NCBI GenBank assembly: GCA_030055545.1
Contig: JASFYK010000001.1
Location: 1 to 49,235 of the forward strand
Length of the DNA: 49,235 bases
Reading direction: 5' to 3'
Origin: Thermoproteota archaeon
Lineage (GTDB): Archaea > Thermoproteota > Methanomethylicia > Methanomethylicales > Methanomethylicaceae
Positions within the stretch are counted from its first letter, which is position 1. The number at the start of each line of letters is the position of its first letter. Shown one piece after another: positions 1 through 9,406 of this stretch. The translations under genes and the position numbers were made by a program. The notes under the pieces were generated by a model. It was not told the DNA's origin, made no database searches, and saw only the letters and a list, made by a program, of their open reading frames with translations.

Positions 1-17
1 ACTGAGGGGATACGCCC

Positions 18-860
18 TTGAGGAAGAGTGCTGTCCTTGAGGCGGTCGAGGGGCTCGTCGGGGGCGAGGATCTGCGCAAGGCCCTCAAGGGAGTAGACAT
101 CATAGGCAGGATTGCAGTGATCAAGATACCAAGGGAGTGGCAGGGGATCAGGCACCAGGTTGGGGAGAGGATCCTCGCCAAGCTCGGAGTAGACTCAGTA
201 TATATGCAGACCGCGCCAGCCAGGCATGGCGACAGGGTGAGAGGGGTGGAGTGGTTGGCGGGAAAGAGGTCTACAGTGACGGTTTATTCAGAGCACGGTT
301 GCAAATTTTTTGTGGATATTGAGAAAGTATACTTCTCACCTAGGCTCTCGAATGAGAGGAGGAGGATTGCAGACCTCGTGGCGCATGGAGAGACCGTCGT
401 AAACATGTTCGCGGGGGTAGGCACTTTCTCGATAATCATAGCAAAATCCAAGGGTGCAAAGGTCTTCTCGATTGACAATAACCCGAATGCATTCGAACTG
501 ATGATTGAGAACGTGGCACAGAACAGGCTGAACGGTAAGGTCATACCTATACTTGCAGACGCCAGAGAGACTGTTGCAGAGCTGGAGGGCAGTGCGGAGA
601 GGATACTGATGCCCTTGCCGGAGCTTGCTGAAGCCTACCTTGGGGATGCGGTAAGAATGCTCAGGGGCGAGGGGTGGATCCATGTCTACGCCCATGAGAA
701 GGGCGGCAACGAGTTTGACGTCGTGGAAAGGGCAAAGGCCAGGATGCTCAAGTCAGCGGGGCAGTTCGCTGAGGTCATCAAATGTGAAGGGAAGGCCGTT
801 AGGAGCATAGGCAGGAAGAGCTACCAAGTGGTGCTCGATATGCAGGTGAAACCTCATTGA
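18..860 (+). CDS. Class I SAM-dependent tRNA methyltransferase, Trm5/Taw2 (TYW2) family
   Basis: 280-aa ORF. VNMFAGVGTFSI (SAM-binding loop) and DNNPNA...NRLN motifs are typical of Trm5/TYW2. TTG start lies just after an in-frame stop at 3-5. Overlaps the next gene by 4 nt. Confidence 0.75.
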   Translation: MRKSAVLEAVEGLVGGEDLRKALKGVDIIGRIAVIKIPREWQGIRHQVGERILAKLGVDSVYMQTAPARHGDRVRGVEWLAGKRSTVTVYSEHGCKFFVDIEKVYFSPRLSNERRRIADLVAHGETVVNMFAGVGTFSIIIAKSKGAKVFSIDNNPNAFELMIENVAQNRLNGKVIPILADARETVAELEGSAERILMPLPELAEAYLGDAVRMLRGEGWIHVYAHEKGGNEFDVVERAKARMLKSAGQFAEVIKCEGKAVRSIGRKSYQVVLDMQVKPH

Positions 861-1678
861 GCTGTAGATATGACTTTTTTGGTGGTAAGCTGAGGGAACT
901 TGAGCGGTGGTTCTCCGACAAGAATGGCGCAGTGGTCGCTTTTTCAGGCGGGGTGGACAGCACCTTGGTTGCAGCTGTAGCTGCTAAGACTCTTGGCGAC
1001 AGGGCGATCGCAGTTACGGTGAATACCGAGTTCACGGGTGAGGGGGACATTGAGAGGGCTAAGAGAAGCGCCAAAGAGGCGGGCGTAAGGCACGAGATAA
1101 TCGAGCTCAAGCTGCCTGAGCAAGTCTTGACGAACCCGCAGGAAAGATGCTACCTGTGCAAGGTCGCGATGATGAAAGGGCTGAGATATGAGGCGGAAAG
1201 TCTTGGGATTGGGCTGGTCATCGACGGTACGAATTCCGACGACGTCAAGGCAGGTCGTCCGGGGATTAGGGCTCTCAGAGAGATGGGGATAAGGAGCCCG
1301 CTCGCCGAAGTTGGGTTGAGCAAAAAGGATGTTTACGAAATCTCGGTCATGATTGGATTGAGCGTAGAAAAAGGCTCCAACTCATGCCTTGCGACTAGGT
1401 TTCCCTTCGGGCACCGGTTTAAGAGAGAAGAAGGCAGGATGGTAGAGAAGGGCGAGCAGTTCCTCAGGAGCAGGGGCTTCAGAACGGTAAGGGTCAGGGT
1501 CACCGACCTATCAGCCAAGATCGAGGTCGATCCTGCGGAGATCGATAAGGTGCTAGATCGAGAACTCAGGAAGGAGATCGTGGAGGAGTTCAAGATAATA
1601 GGATTCAGGAGCGTCAGCCTTGACCTGGAAGGCTACAGACAGGGGAGCATGGACTACTTCGAAAACAGCAGCGTCTGA
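857..1678 (+). CDS. PP-loop ATP pyrophosphatase, LarE-like sulfur transferase family
   Basis: 273-aa ORF with the PP-loop AFSGGVDSTLVA near the N-terminus. Length and layout match the LarE/TIGR00268-type family. TTG start overlaps the upstream stop. Confidence 0.7.
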   Translation: MSCRYDFFGGKLRELERWFSDKNGAVVAFSGGVDSTLVAAVAAKTLGDRAIAVTVNTEFTGEGDIERAKRSAKEAGVRHEIIELKLPEQVLTNPQERCYLCKVAMMKGLRYEAESLGIGLVIDGTNSDDVKAGRPGIRALREMGIRSPLAEVGLSKKDVYEISVMIGLSVEKGSNSCLATRFPFGHRFKREEGRMVEKGEQFLRSRGFRTVRVRVTDLSAKIEVDPAEIDKVLDRELRKEIVEEFKIIGFRSVSLDLEGYRQGSMDYFENSSV

Positions 1679-1733
1679 CGCAAAGGTGCTGAAAGGAACA
1701 CGATAAGCATGGGGATGGGGAATCAAATACAGG

Positions 1734-2837
1734 CTAATATTGATCGATATCAAGACTGGTCTCTTTCCAGCCGAACCTTAGCCTTTTCCTCCCTGAATGG
1801 ATTCCCTTCTGCAGGATGTACCCGACTATGAGAGGCAGGCCGATTGTGGACTCCGTGTATACTGTAGCGCGCGTTGCCTTGGCAGAAACTTTTCCCCAAG
1901 ACTTCGCCTCATCGAGCGTACTTCCAGTGAGGCCTCCCCAGTGGGGGGCATCGGCTGTGATCTGGAAGGCATAGGAGTGGCCGCGCGTGTAATCGAGCAT
2001 CACCGCGGCGTCGTTGATGTAGTTCTTCGGGACGCCTCCCCCAACGTAGATGGAGCCAGTCTTCTTTGACTTCAGCACGATCTGGGCGATCTCAAAGTTG
2101 TCCCGCATTACGTCTATAACGAATGTCGGGACACCGTTTTCCTTAGCCCACCTGTAGTAGCCAGCCAATCCGATGCCTATCGAGCTGTCCGCTATTGCAG
2201 GGCAGAAGACGGGGAGGCCGTACTTGTAGGCATTGTAAAGTATAGAGTCCTCATCCTTTATGGTTGATCCCAAGGCCTGGAGGAATTCCCTTGTTGAGTA
2301 GCGCCTTGGCTCGAGCGTGGTGCAGAACTCGGATATAGCATCATCGCACTTAACGAAACCTATCTCATCGACATAGGCATCATATATCCGGTCGATGTAC
2401 AGGTCATGCAGCACAGAGTCGTCAGCGTTCGGGGTACCCTTGTAGTGCCTGTAGCCCATTGCGGTATAGTAGTCCTGGTAGAGGATGGCGCCAGTGGAGA
2501 CAATCACATCGACAATGCCCTTCTTTATCATTGTACTGAGGACTTTGCGGAGACCCCCTGCTATGAGTGCTCCAGACAGCCCGATCATGACGGTCGGACG
2601 GTCCGGATCCGTCAGCATATTCTCGTAGACCATGGCGCATTCGGCAATGCTCCTAGACTGGATCCCGCAATCCTTCCAAGACTCGACGAGATCCTTTATC
2701 GTGACTGCCTTATCCAAATCCACGGGCTCGATGGGCTGGCTGAGGAGTGCTTTCCTTTCGGCAACAACCTCAGGAGTCAGGCGGATCTCTTCCTGTTTCT
2801 TGCTAAAGAACTTGAAATTTGTCTCCAACCAAGGCAC
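1734..2837 (-). CDS. dys: Deoxyhypusine synthase
   Basis: 367-aa ORF. MIGLSGALIAGGLR and YVGGGVPKNY segments are characteristic of deoxyhypusine synthase. A palindromic ATTTAAAT TATA-like element lies about 30 nt upstream. Confidence 0.8.
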   Translation of the reverse strand: MPWLETNFKFFSKKQEEIRLTPEVVAERKALLSQPIEPVDLDKAVTIKDLVESWKDCGIQSRSIAECAMVYENMLTDPDRPTVMIGLSGALIAGGLRKVLSTMIKKGIVDVIVSTGAILYQDYYTAMGYRHYKGTPNADDSVLHDLYIDRIYDAYVDEIGFVKCDDAISEFCTTLEPRRYSTREFLQALGSTIKDEDSILYNAYKYGLPVFCPAIADSSIGIGLAGYYRWAKENGVPTFVIDVMRDNFEIAQIVLKSKKTGSIYVGGGVPKNYINDAAVMLDYTRGHSYAFQITADAPHWGGLTGSTLDEAKSWGKVSAKATRATVYTESTIGLPLIVGYILQKGIHSGRKRLRFGWKETSLDIDQY

Positions 2838-2932
2838 CTTCGATAAAAACGAAGAAGGCTTGGATTTAAATCTATGTATTGGGTCGCATGAGGTTGATTA
2901 GAGTGGCATTAAAAAGAAAGTAAGAAAAAGAC

Positions 2933-3271
2933 TCACTCAGGCACTTCCACAATTATGTCGTCTCCCTCAACACGCACAGGGTAGGTCTTCAAGGGCGGAA
3001 TCTTATCCAAGGAGTACCCATCAGGGAGCTTCACAACCTCTCCAGTTGTCACATTGAAGGCGGCCCAGTGCATGTCGCACCAGATCGTATTTCCCTGGAG
3101 GCGCCCAGTGAAGAGTGGGTTGTTCAGGTGGCTGCAAACAGACTGCGTAGCGTAAAACTTGCCATCAACATTCGATACTAGCACTCTGGTCTTGGAGGCC
3201 CTTATGCTCTTTTTTGTTCCAGGAGGGATTTCAGAGACCTTGGCGACCTTTACTTCTGGCAAAAATTTCAC
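2933..3271 (-). CDS. Rieske [2Fe-2S] domain ferredoxin
   Basis: 112-aa ORF with CSH (x n) CDMH, i.e. the CxH...CxxH Rieske ligand pattern. Confidence 0.75.
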   Translation of the reverse strand: MKFLPEVKVAKVSEIPPGTKKSIRASKTRVLVSNVDGKFYATQSVCSHLNNPLFTGRLQGNTIWCDMHWAAFNVTTGEVVKLPDGYSLDKIPPLKTYPVRVEGDDIIVEVPE

Positions 3272-3437
3272 CTACAAATTATCTTTAGCAGGTCCTAATA
3301 TTATTTACGTGAAGGATAAAAATAATTTAAGGAATCCTCACCTTATGATCCTAATGCTGTCAAAAAACAATTGATTTACTTCGGATAAGAATGGCTAACC
3401 CTTAATTACCAGTAAAATCTAATCTGGAAAGGAGGTT

Positions 3438-4382
3438 TTGGCTGTGAGAACCGTGGAGGTATCTGCACCTGCCACAATAGCAAATCTTGGGCCTGGTTAC
3501 GATCTCATAGGGATGGCCTTGGACACTCCGAGGGATTTTCTTCGAGTCAGCCTAGTAAAGTCTGGCACTGACGAGATAGAGGTCGAAGGGATAGGTGGTG
3601 AAACGATATCAGCAGGACCTGATCAGAACTCCTCCATGGTGGCGGCAAGGGCGGTCTTGAGGAGGGCAGGCGTGACTGGTTATGGCCTCAGGATGCTCCT
3701 CAAGAAGGGAGTCCCCCCAAGAATGGGAATGGGCAGCTCAGGAGCCTCGTCAGCTGCTGGCGCTTTCGCCGCAAATATCCTTCTTGATAATCCCCTGGGC
3801 GAGACCGAGGTCCTCGAATGCGCAATGGAGGGAGAGAGGGCTGCCTGCGGTTCGGCGCACGCGGACAATGTAGCACCGTCCCTTCTAGGCGGGATCACCG
3901 CGATCCTTTGTTACGATCCCATCAGGGTAATGAAACTCCGCCCGCTGGGGGGAGTAGAAGTGGTGGAGACGACACCGGAATTGGAGATCGCTCAGGAGAA
4001 GACGAAACTCGCGAGGGAAGTCCTTCCACCATCGGTGACGCTGGCAACGGTTGTCTCACAGATGAGTTCCTTCGCCCTCCTTCTGTTGGGGATTATGAAG
4101 AATGATCCGAAAATTGCAGGGGAGGGGATCTCAGGCGATCAAATAGTTGAGCCCGCGAGGGCAAAACTCATCCCTGGCTTCTTTGAGGTTAAGAAGGCGG
4201 CTTTGAAGGCGGGAGCATACGGCTGCAGCATAAGCGGCGCAGGCCCCTCAGTCTTCGCGATTGTTCCGCAGGGCAGGGGGATAAAGGTTGGGGAAAGGAT
4301 GGTAGACCAATTCAGCGCAGCTGGTGTAAAATCAAAATTTTCGCTCCACAGGATAAGCGAAGAGGGTGCAAAGGTTGTCTGA
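3438..4382 (+). CDS. thrB: Homoserine kinase
   Basis: GHMP-kinase motif PRMGMGSSGASSAAGA and N-terminal APATIANLGPGYD. GGAGG at 3431-3435 precedes TTG 3438 / GTG 3444. Overlaps thrC. Confidence 0.85.
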   Translation: MAVRTVEVSAPATIANLGPGYDLIGMALDTPRDFLRVSLVKSGTDEIEVEGIGGETISAGPDQNSSMVAARAVLRRAGVTGYGLRMLLKKGVPPRMGMGSSGASSAAGAFAANILLDNPLGETEVLECAMEGERAACGSAHADNVAPSLLGGITAILCYDPIRVMKLRPLGGVEVVETTPELEIAQEKTKLAREVLPPSVTLATVVSQMSSFALLLLGIMKNDPKIAGEGISGDQIVEPARAKLIPGFFEVKKAALKAGAYGCSISGAGPSVFAIVPQGRGIKVGERMVDQFSAAGVKSKFSLHRISEEGAKVV

Positions 4383-5622
4383 CGTCATACTCAGGTGCAT
4401 AGAATGCAATGCGAACTTTGGTCCCGAGGAGATAATATACAGTTGCAGGGAATGCGGGGGGCTGCTCGAGGTGTGCATGCATCCCCCGAAGGTGACTTTT
4501 GATGACTTATCTAAAAGGGCATTCGGGGTATGGCGCTACAGGGAGTTCATTCCCATAGAGGAAGGGGCTGAAATAGTAACGCTGGACGAGGGGGGAACGC
4601 CCCTCTACAGGTGCGACAGGCTCGCGAAATGGGCGGGCGTCAGGAGCCTTTTCATAAAATATGAGGGGAGAAACCCCACCGGTAGCTTCAAGGACAGGGG
4701 AATGACCGTTGGCGTCACCAAGGCAAAGAGCTTAGGATCAAAGGCCGTGGCATGCGCGTCGACGGGCAATACTTCAGCTTCGCTGGCAGCGTATGCCGCC
4801 AGATCCGGGCTCACCTGCTATGTGATACTGCCCTCCGGCAAGGTGGCGATGGGCAAGCTCGCACAGGCGCTCATGCATGGTGCGAAGGTGATCTCAGTCA
4901 AAGGGAACTTCGATCAGGCACTCAAGCTGGTTATGGACATATCGAGGAGCATGGGAATATACCTCCTCAACAGCATAAACCCATGGAGGCTAGAGGGGCA
5001 GAAGACCCTCGCATTCGAGCTCGTAGACCAGCTTGGTCAAGTCCCTGAGTTTGTTGCGGTTCCCATGGGTAACTGCGGGAACATCTCGGCGATATGGAAA
5101 GGTTTCGTCGAGCTTGAAGGTGCGGGGCTGATCAAGGAGAAACCGAGGATGTTCGGCGTGCAGGCCGCTGGGGCGGCCCCGGTTGTGGAGATGCTCAAGA
5201 AGAACCTCAATAGGCTCAGCCCGGTGAAGTTACCTGAAACAGTTGCCACTGCGATAAGGATAGGAAATCCGGTTAACTGGCCGAAGGCCGTGAATGCCAT
5301 CAAGAGCTCAAATGGGCTCTACGACTCGGTAACAGATGATGAGATCATTGAGACTCAGAAGATGATAGCCTGCCTCGAGGGCATAGGGGTCGAGCCCGCG
5401 AGCGCCGCTTCCGTTGCAGGAGTCAGGAAGGCAGTGCTGTCCGGGTCGATGCCTAGGGACGCTGAGGTCGTGTGCGTGTGCACAGGGCACCTGCTCAAGG
5501 ATCCTGAGGAGGTCATCAGCGTCTGCGGCAAGCCTATCGAGATACCGCCAGACCTGAAGGCAGTATCAGAGATGATCAGACCAGAGCAGGCACCGCCCCT
5601 CCCAGTCCAAGGAATGCACTAG
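4366..5622 (+). CDS. thrC: Threonine synthase
   Basis: 418-aa ORF. N-terminal zinc-ribbon CIEC...CRECGG. PLP-lysine motif NPTGSFKDRG. Confidence 0.9.
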   Translation: MQRLSDVILRCIECNANFGPEEIIYSCRECGGLLEVCMHPPKVTFDDLSKRAFGVWRYREFIPIEEGAEIVTLDEGGTPLYRCDRLAKWAGVRSLFIKYEGRNPTGSFKDRGMTVGVTKAKSLGSKAVACASTGNTSASLAAYAARSGLTCYVILPSGKVAMGKLAQALMHGAKVISVKGNFDQALKLVMDISRSMGIYLLNSINPWRLEGQKTLAFELVDQLGQVPEFVAVPMGNCGNISAIWKGFVELEGAGLIKEKPRMFGVQAAGAAPVVEMLKKNLNRLSPVKLPETVATAIRIGNPVNWPKAVNAIKSSNGLYDSVTDDEIIETQKMIACLEGIGVEPASAASVAGVRKAVLSGSMPRDAEVVCVCTGHLLKDPEEVISVCGKPIEIPPDLKAVSEMIRPEQAPPLPVQGMH

Positions 5623-6539
5623 ATGGTTCGATTTTCAGGTTTCCTTGCCTCGGTCATTTCGAAGGGCTTCAGGATCCTGAGCAGGATGTCGGTCCGGGTG
5701 ATTATTCCGACCGGCCTCTCCTCTGCGTCGACGACGACGAGCCTACCGATGCTAGACCGCTGCATTTTCTCCATTGCTTGGAGAATGTCCTCCTCCAAAC
5801 CTATAAGCACGGGTTTACGGGTGGCTGCCTCGCGAACTGTCAGGTGCATCTTACCCTCGGTTACACATCTCGAGATATCGGAACTAGTGATCATCCCAAC
5901 CAGTTTGCCACCCTCAACTATGGGGGCCGCCCTTATCATCTCTTTGTAGAGCGTCTCTGCGGCTGTCCTTAGGGGAGCACCTGCGGGGACGGACACTATC
6001 CTCTTCGACATCACCTCGCTGACGGTGACACGCGGGATGCTGATCAGGGTTATCACGTCCAGAAGGATCTCCCCATGGAGGTCGTCCCTGCCTGCGATCT
6101 TCCCCTCAATCACCATTCTTCCGGATGGCGTAGGACCGATCACGATCTCCTCGCCTATATTGAACCTTGAGAGATTTCCAATAACCTTCAGTATGGCTTG
6201 GCAGAAGTCGGGACTGAAGACGCTCTTGAAGAGGATGTCAGTCACCGTGACCTCGGTTTTCTCCCCTTTCTTTGTGTAGATCGGAACAGAGAGTGATCTT
6301 GGTCCCCTGGGGACGTTGAAGCTCTCGTATGCCTTGCTTGTAGGCAGATATCCCCCCTTTGGCCCCGGAATGGCCTCGACCAGTCCTATGGCCCTCAGGA
6401 CTGGCATGATGTTCCTGACGGTGCCTTCGTCCCTGCCTGTCCTCGCTGCGATCTCCTTGCTCTTAACAAGTGACCGCTTCTTGTCATAAAGCTCGAGAAG
6501 TGCGACTACGATTTCTTTTTGCGGAGCAGAAAGAGACAT
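5619..6539 (-). CDS. Putative regulator: HrcA-like winged-helix N-domain plus C-terminal CBS pair
   Basis: 306 aa. N-terminus (KEIAARTGRDEGTVRNIMPVLRAIGLVEAIPGPKGGY) looks like the HrcA-type wHTH that occurs with CBS pairs. Two CBS-like repeats lie at the C-terminus (VMSKRIVSV..., ...RPVGIITRTDILLRIL). Confidence 0.65.
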   Translation of the reverse strand: MSLSAPQKEIVVALLELYDKKRSLVKSKEIAARTGRDEGTVRNIMPVLRAIGLVEAIPGPKGGYLPTSKAYESFNVPRGPRSLSVPIYTKKGEKTEVTVTDILFKSVFSPDFCQAILKVIGNLSRFNIGEEIVIGPTPSGRMVIEGKIAGRDDLHGEILLDVITLISIPRVTVSEVMSKRIVSVPAGAPLRTAAETLYKEMIRAAPIVEGGKLVGMITSSDISRCVTEGKMHLTVREAATRKPVLIGLEEDILQAMEKMQRSSIGRLVVVDAEERPVGIITRTDILLRILKPFEMTEARKPENRTI

Positions 6540-6550
6540 CAGTACTCCTC

Positions 6551-6594
6551 TATTGAATATTATATATAATTATAATTATAATTTTCGTTCAATA
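6551..6594. promoter_or_regulatory. Inverted repeat TATTGAA / TTCAATA bracketing a 30-bp pure A/T tract in a divergent promoter
   Basis: Arms at 6551-6557 and 6588-6594. AATTATAA motifs repeat between them and recur at 6632-6640. Confidence 0.4.
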
Positions 6595-6650
6595 TGAACC
6601 GGGGATCCAGTTGGGGCTCCATTATTATAAATAATTATAATCATCAAACC

Positions 6651-6686
6651 TTATAAAATTGGGAAAGGTTGGTTATGGAGGTGACA
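6651..6686 (+). promoter_or_regulatory. TATA-like box (TTATAAAAT) plus GGAGGTGA ribosome-binding site for the acyl-CoA synthetase gene
   Basis: TTATAAAAT at 6651-6659 and GGAGGTGA at 6679-6686, 4 nt before GTG 6691. Confidence 0.45.
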
Positions 6687-6690
6687 TTGG

Positions 6691-8589
6691 GTGAGCATTG
6701 ACTCGATGTTCTCTTCGACCGCTAAGAAGTTCCACGATAAGGTCGCACTGAAATGGAAAGGCAAGGATTATACCTTTGGGGAGCTGGACTCGCTCTCCAC
6801 CAGGTTCGCCAAGGCACTTTCTGCCTTGGGTGTTGGGAAGGGGGACAGGGTATGCATATTCATGCAGAATTCCCCGGAGTTCGCGATCGCCCACTTTGGG
6901 ATACTAAAATGCGGCGGGGTCACGGTCCCTCTTAACGTAATGTACAGGACGCATGAGCTCAGGCACATGATAAATGACTCCGGAGCGGCCGCAGTTGTGA
7001 CCTCGGGGGCAAACCTGCAGTTCGTGCAGGAGGTGATGAAGGATCTGAAGTCGGTAAGAGCGGTCATCGTTGCATCCGAGATGGTCCCTGAAGGCGTCAG
7101 GTCTTTTTACAGGATGGTGGAGGACTTTGACGACACCCCGCTCCCCAGCGTGAACGGGCAGGAAGACCTTGCGGTGATCTGCTACACTTCCGGGACGACC
7201 GGGCTGTCTAAGGGGGCAATGCTCACTCATAGGAATTTCCTGTCAAACATAGGCACGCTTGCAGAGATCTGGGAGCTCAACGAAAATGACAAGGTGCTGA
7301 TGGCTCTTCCAATGTTCCACATACACGGGCTAGGGATAGTCGTACACGGGATGGCATACTGCGGCTACACCGTTGTCCTACACGAGAGGTTCGACGCAGC
7401 CAAGGTGCTGGAAGAGATCAGGCGGGAGAGGTGTACGGTCTTCATGGGAGTCCCGACGATGTACATCAAGCTCCTTGAGGAAAAAAGCACATCTCATGAT
7501 GTTTCCTCGGTCAGGCTGTGGACGGTTGGTTCTGCACCGATGCCGGTTGAGGCTTTCAACAAGTTCAGGGAGAAGTTTGGTGTCGAGATACTCGAGCGAT
7601 ATGGCATGACCGAGACTGCTCCTGTAATAACCTCAAACCCCTACAGGGGGCGCAGGAAGCCCGGGTCAGTCGGGCCCCCCATTCCAGGCGTGGAGATTGC
7701 GATACTAGACGACGACGGGAAGGCACTGCCGCCTGGCGAAGTCGGGGAGATCGCGGTCAGGGGTCCTAATGTGATGAGGGGATACTGGAACCGCCCAGTG
7801 GAAACCGAGGAGGTCTTCTCTGGGGGGTGGTTCCACACAGGGGATCTCGGCAAATTAGATGGGGACGGTTACCTGACGATCGTGGGCAGGAAGAAGGAGA
7901 TGATAATCTCTGGAGGTTTTAAGATCTTCCCGAGGGAGGTCGAGGAGGTCATACACCAGCACCCGAAAGTAAAGGAGGTTGCTGTCGTTGGTATACCCGA
8001 CCCAGTGAGAGGCGAGAATGTCAAGGCATTCGTAGTGATCAAGGAAGGGGAAAACGCATCCGTCGAGGAGATCGAGGAGCACTGCAGGAAGAACTTGGCA
8101 GCATTCAAGGTCCCGAGGATCTTCGAATTCGTTGAGGCGATACCTAGGACTGCTAGCGGCAAAGCATTAAACAGGATGCTTGCGAAGGTCAAGGTCAAAG
8201 ACCTGATGGAGAAGTCTGTGAAGAGCATCGACAGGAGAACTTCAGCCTACGAGGCAGGGAAGTACATGAAAGAGGCTAACGTGGGCAGCCTGATCGTAAC
8301 CGACGGGGAGATGCCGATCGGGATCGTAACCCTGCGCGATATACTCTACAAGGTAATCTCTATAGGCAGCCTTGGCAAGGACGTCTCACTCAGCAGCATA
8401 ATGTCCACCCCGCTGGTCACGGTTGATGCAGAGGAGGACATTGCGAAGGCAGCGGCGATAATGCGTCAGTGGGGCGTCTGGAGGCTGCCTGTGAAAGACG
8501 GCAACGGGCAGATCGTAGGGGTCCTGAGCGGGACGGACATATTCAGGGCATTTGCGGGAAGGAAGATGGACGTGCCTACGAGCTTTTAG
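6691..8589 (+). CDS. AMP-forming acyl-CoA synthetase (fatty-acid-CoA ligase family) fused to a C-terminal CBS pair
   Basis: 632 aa. AMP-binding signature YTSGTTGLSKGA (nt about 7187-7222) and a complete adenylate-forming core ending ...ASGKALNRML. An extra ~125 aa (nt about 8206-8589) carry two CBS-like repeats. Confidence 0.85.
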   Translation: MSIDSMFSSTAKKFHDKVALKWKGKDYTFGELDSLSTRFAKALSALGVGKGDRVCIFMQNSPEFAIAHFGILKCGGVTVPLNVMYRTHELRHMINDSGAAAVVTSGANLQFVQEVMKDLKSVRAVIVASEMVPEGVRSFYRMVEDFDDTPLPSVNGQEDLAVICYTSGTTGLSKGAMLTHRNFLSNIGTLAEIWELNENDKVLMALPMFHIHGLGIVVHGMAYCGYTVVLHERFDAAKVLEEIRRERCTVFMGVPTMYIKLLEEKSTSHDVSSVRLWTVGSAPMPVEAFNKFREKFGVEILERYGMTETAPVITSNPYRGRRKPGSVGPPIPGVEIAILDDDGKALPPGEVGEIAVRGPNVMRGYWNRPVETEEVFSGGWFHTGDLGKLDGDGYLTIVGRKKEMIISGGFKIFPREVEEVIHQHPKVKEVAVVGIPDPVRGENVKAFVVIKEGENASVEEIEEHCRKNLAAFKVPRIFEFVEAIPRTASGKALNRMLAKVKVKDLMEKSVKSIDRRTSAYEAGKYMKEANVGSLIVTDGEMPIGIVTLRDILYKVISIGSLGKDVSLSSIMSTPLVTVDAEEDIAKAAAIMRQWGVWRLPVKDGNGQIVGVLSGTDIFRAFAGRKMDVPTSF

Positions 8590-8592
8590 GAT

Positions 8593-9330
8593 CTAGGTGA
8601 GGTCGCCGCATGAGCAGAACAGCTCGCCGATCGCCTTGTACAGATCTTCCATCCCCTCCCCGGTCTTAGAAGAAACCGGGATCAGCCTCCTTTTCTTCTC
8701 GAGCTCTCCCACGATGGAAGCCAAGCTCGAGGCAAGCTCACCGGAGAGACCCTCCACCTGCGCAATAGACACCCCTTCAAAAGAAGGCCATGACGGGACG
8801 GATCTATTGAGGTCTGATTTAGTTATGACTTCGAGCGTCGGTATCCCCAGCCTGAGCTCGATTATGAGTGCCAGCAGCTTTATCACGGGGACGTCAAGCC
8901 TAGTTGATGCCAAGTAAGGGTCGATTGTGAAAATGCACACGGATCTCCCTGTGATCTTTGAGACCAACGAGGGACCGAAGCTCCTGAATAGGAATATCTC
9001 CATCTGCCCCGGCGTGTCCAATATCCTGAAGTCGGCACTGCACGATCCTATTCTTTCGGATATCGCCTCCAGTTTAGCCTCAACAACCTCTGCAGCCCTA
9101 ATGAGTGCACCATTCGGACCAAGCTGCTCCCTCCGCATCAGCTCTGCTACAGTCACATATTCCCTGATGTCAAAGTCGACTGGATAACACACCAACTCTG
9201 CACCTGGATCCAAGTTGATCCTTGAAACAGTGTACCCTTGTGACTGCATCCAGCTACCCAAGGATTGCACCAAGGTGCTCTTTCCAGAGCCCGCTGGACC
9301 GACGATGTAGAGGTTAATCAGCTCCGACAC
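8593..9330 (-). CDS. GPN-loop GTPase
   Basis: 245 aa. Walker A GPAGSGKST, the diagnostic LGPNGAL (GPN) motif, and a DTPGQ switch motif. Confidence 0.8.
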   Translation of the reverse strand: MSELINLYIVGPAGSGKSTLVQSLGSWMQSQGYTVSRINLDPGAELVCYPVDFDIREYVTVAELMRREQLGPNGALIRAAEVVEAKLEAISERIGSCSADFRILDTPGQMEIFLFRSFGPSLVSKITGRSVCIFTIDPYLASTRLDVPVIKLLALIIELRLGIPTLEVITKSDLNRSVPSWPSFEGVSIAQVEGLSGELASSLASIVGELEKKRRLIPVSSKTGEGMEDLYKAIGELFCSCGDLT

Positions 9331-9406
9331 CTTTCCTTCAATTGAACGCTTGCGCGTATATTATTGAAGGGGATGCAATATATACTTCATCAGAACAGAG
9401 ATCCTG

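Noticed and set aside
6561-6640. Tandem AATTATAA-type repeats as a possible CRISPR or mini-satellite
   Set aside because: The units are only 8-9 bp, with no spacer structure and no cas genes. This is A/T-rich promoter DNA.
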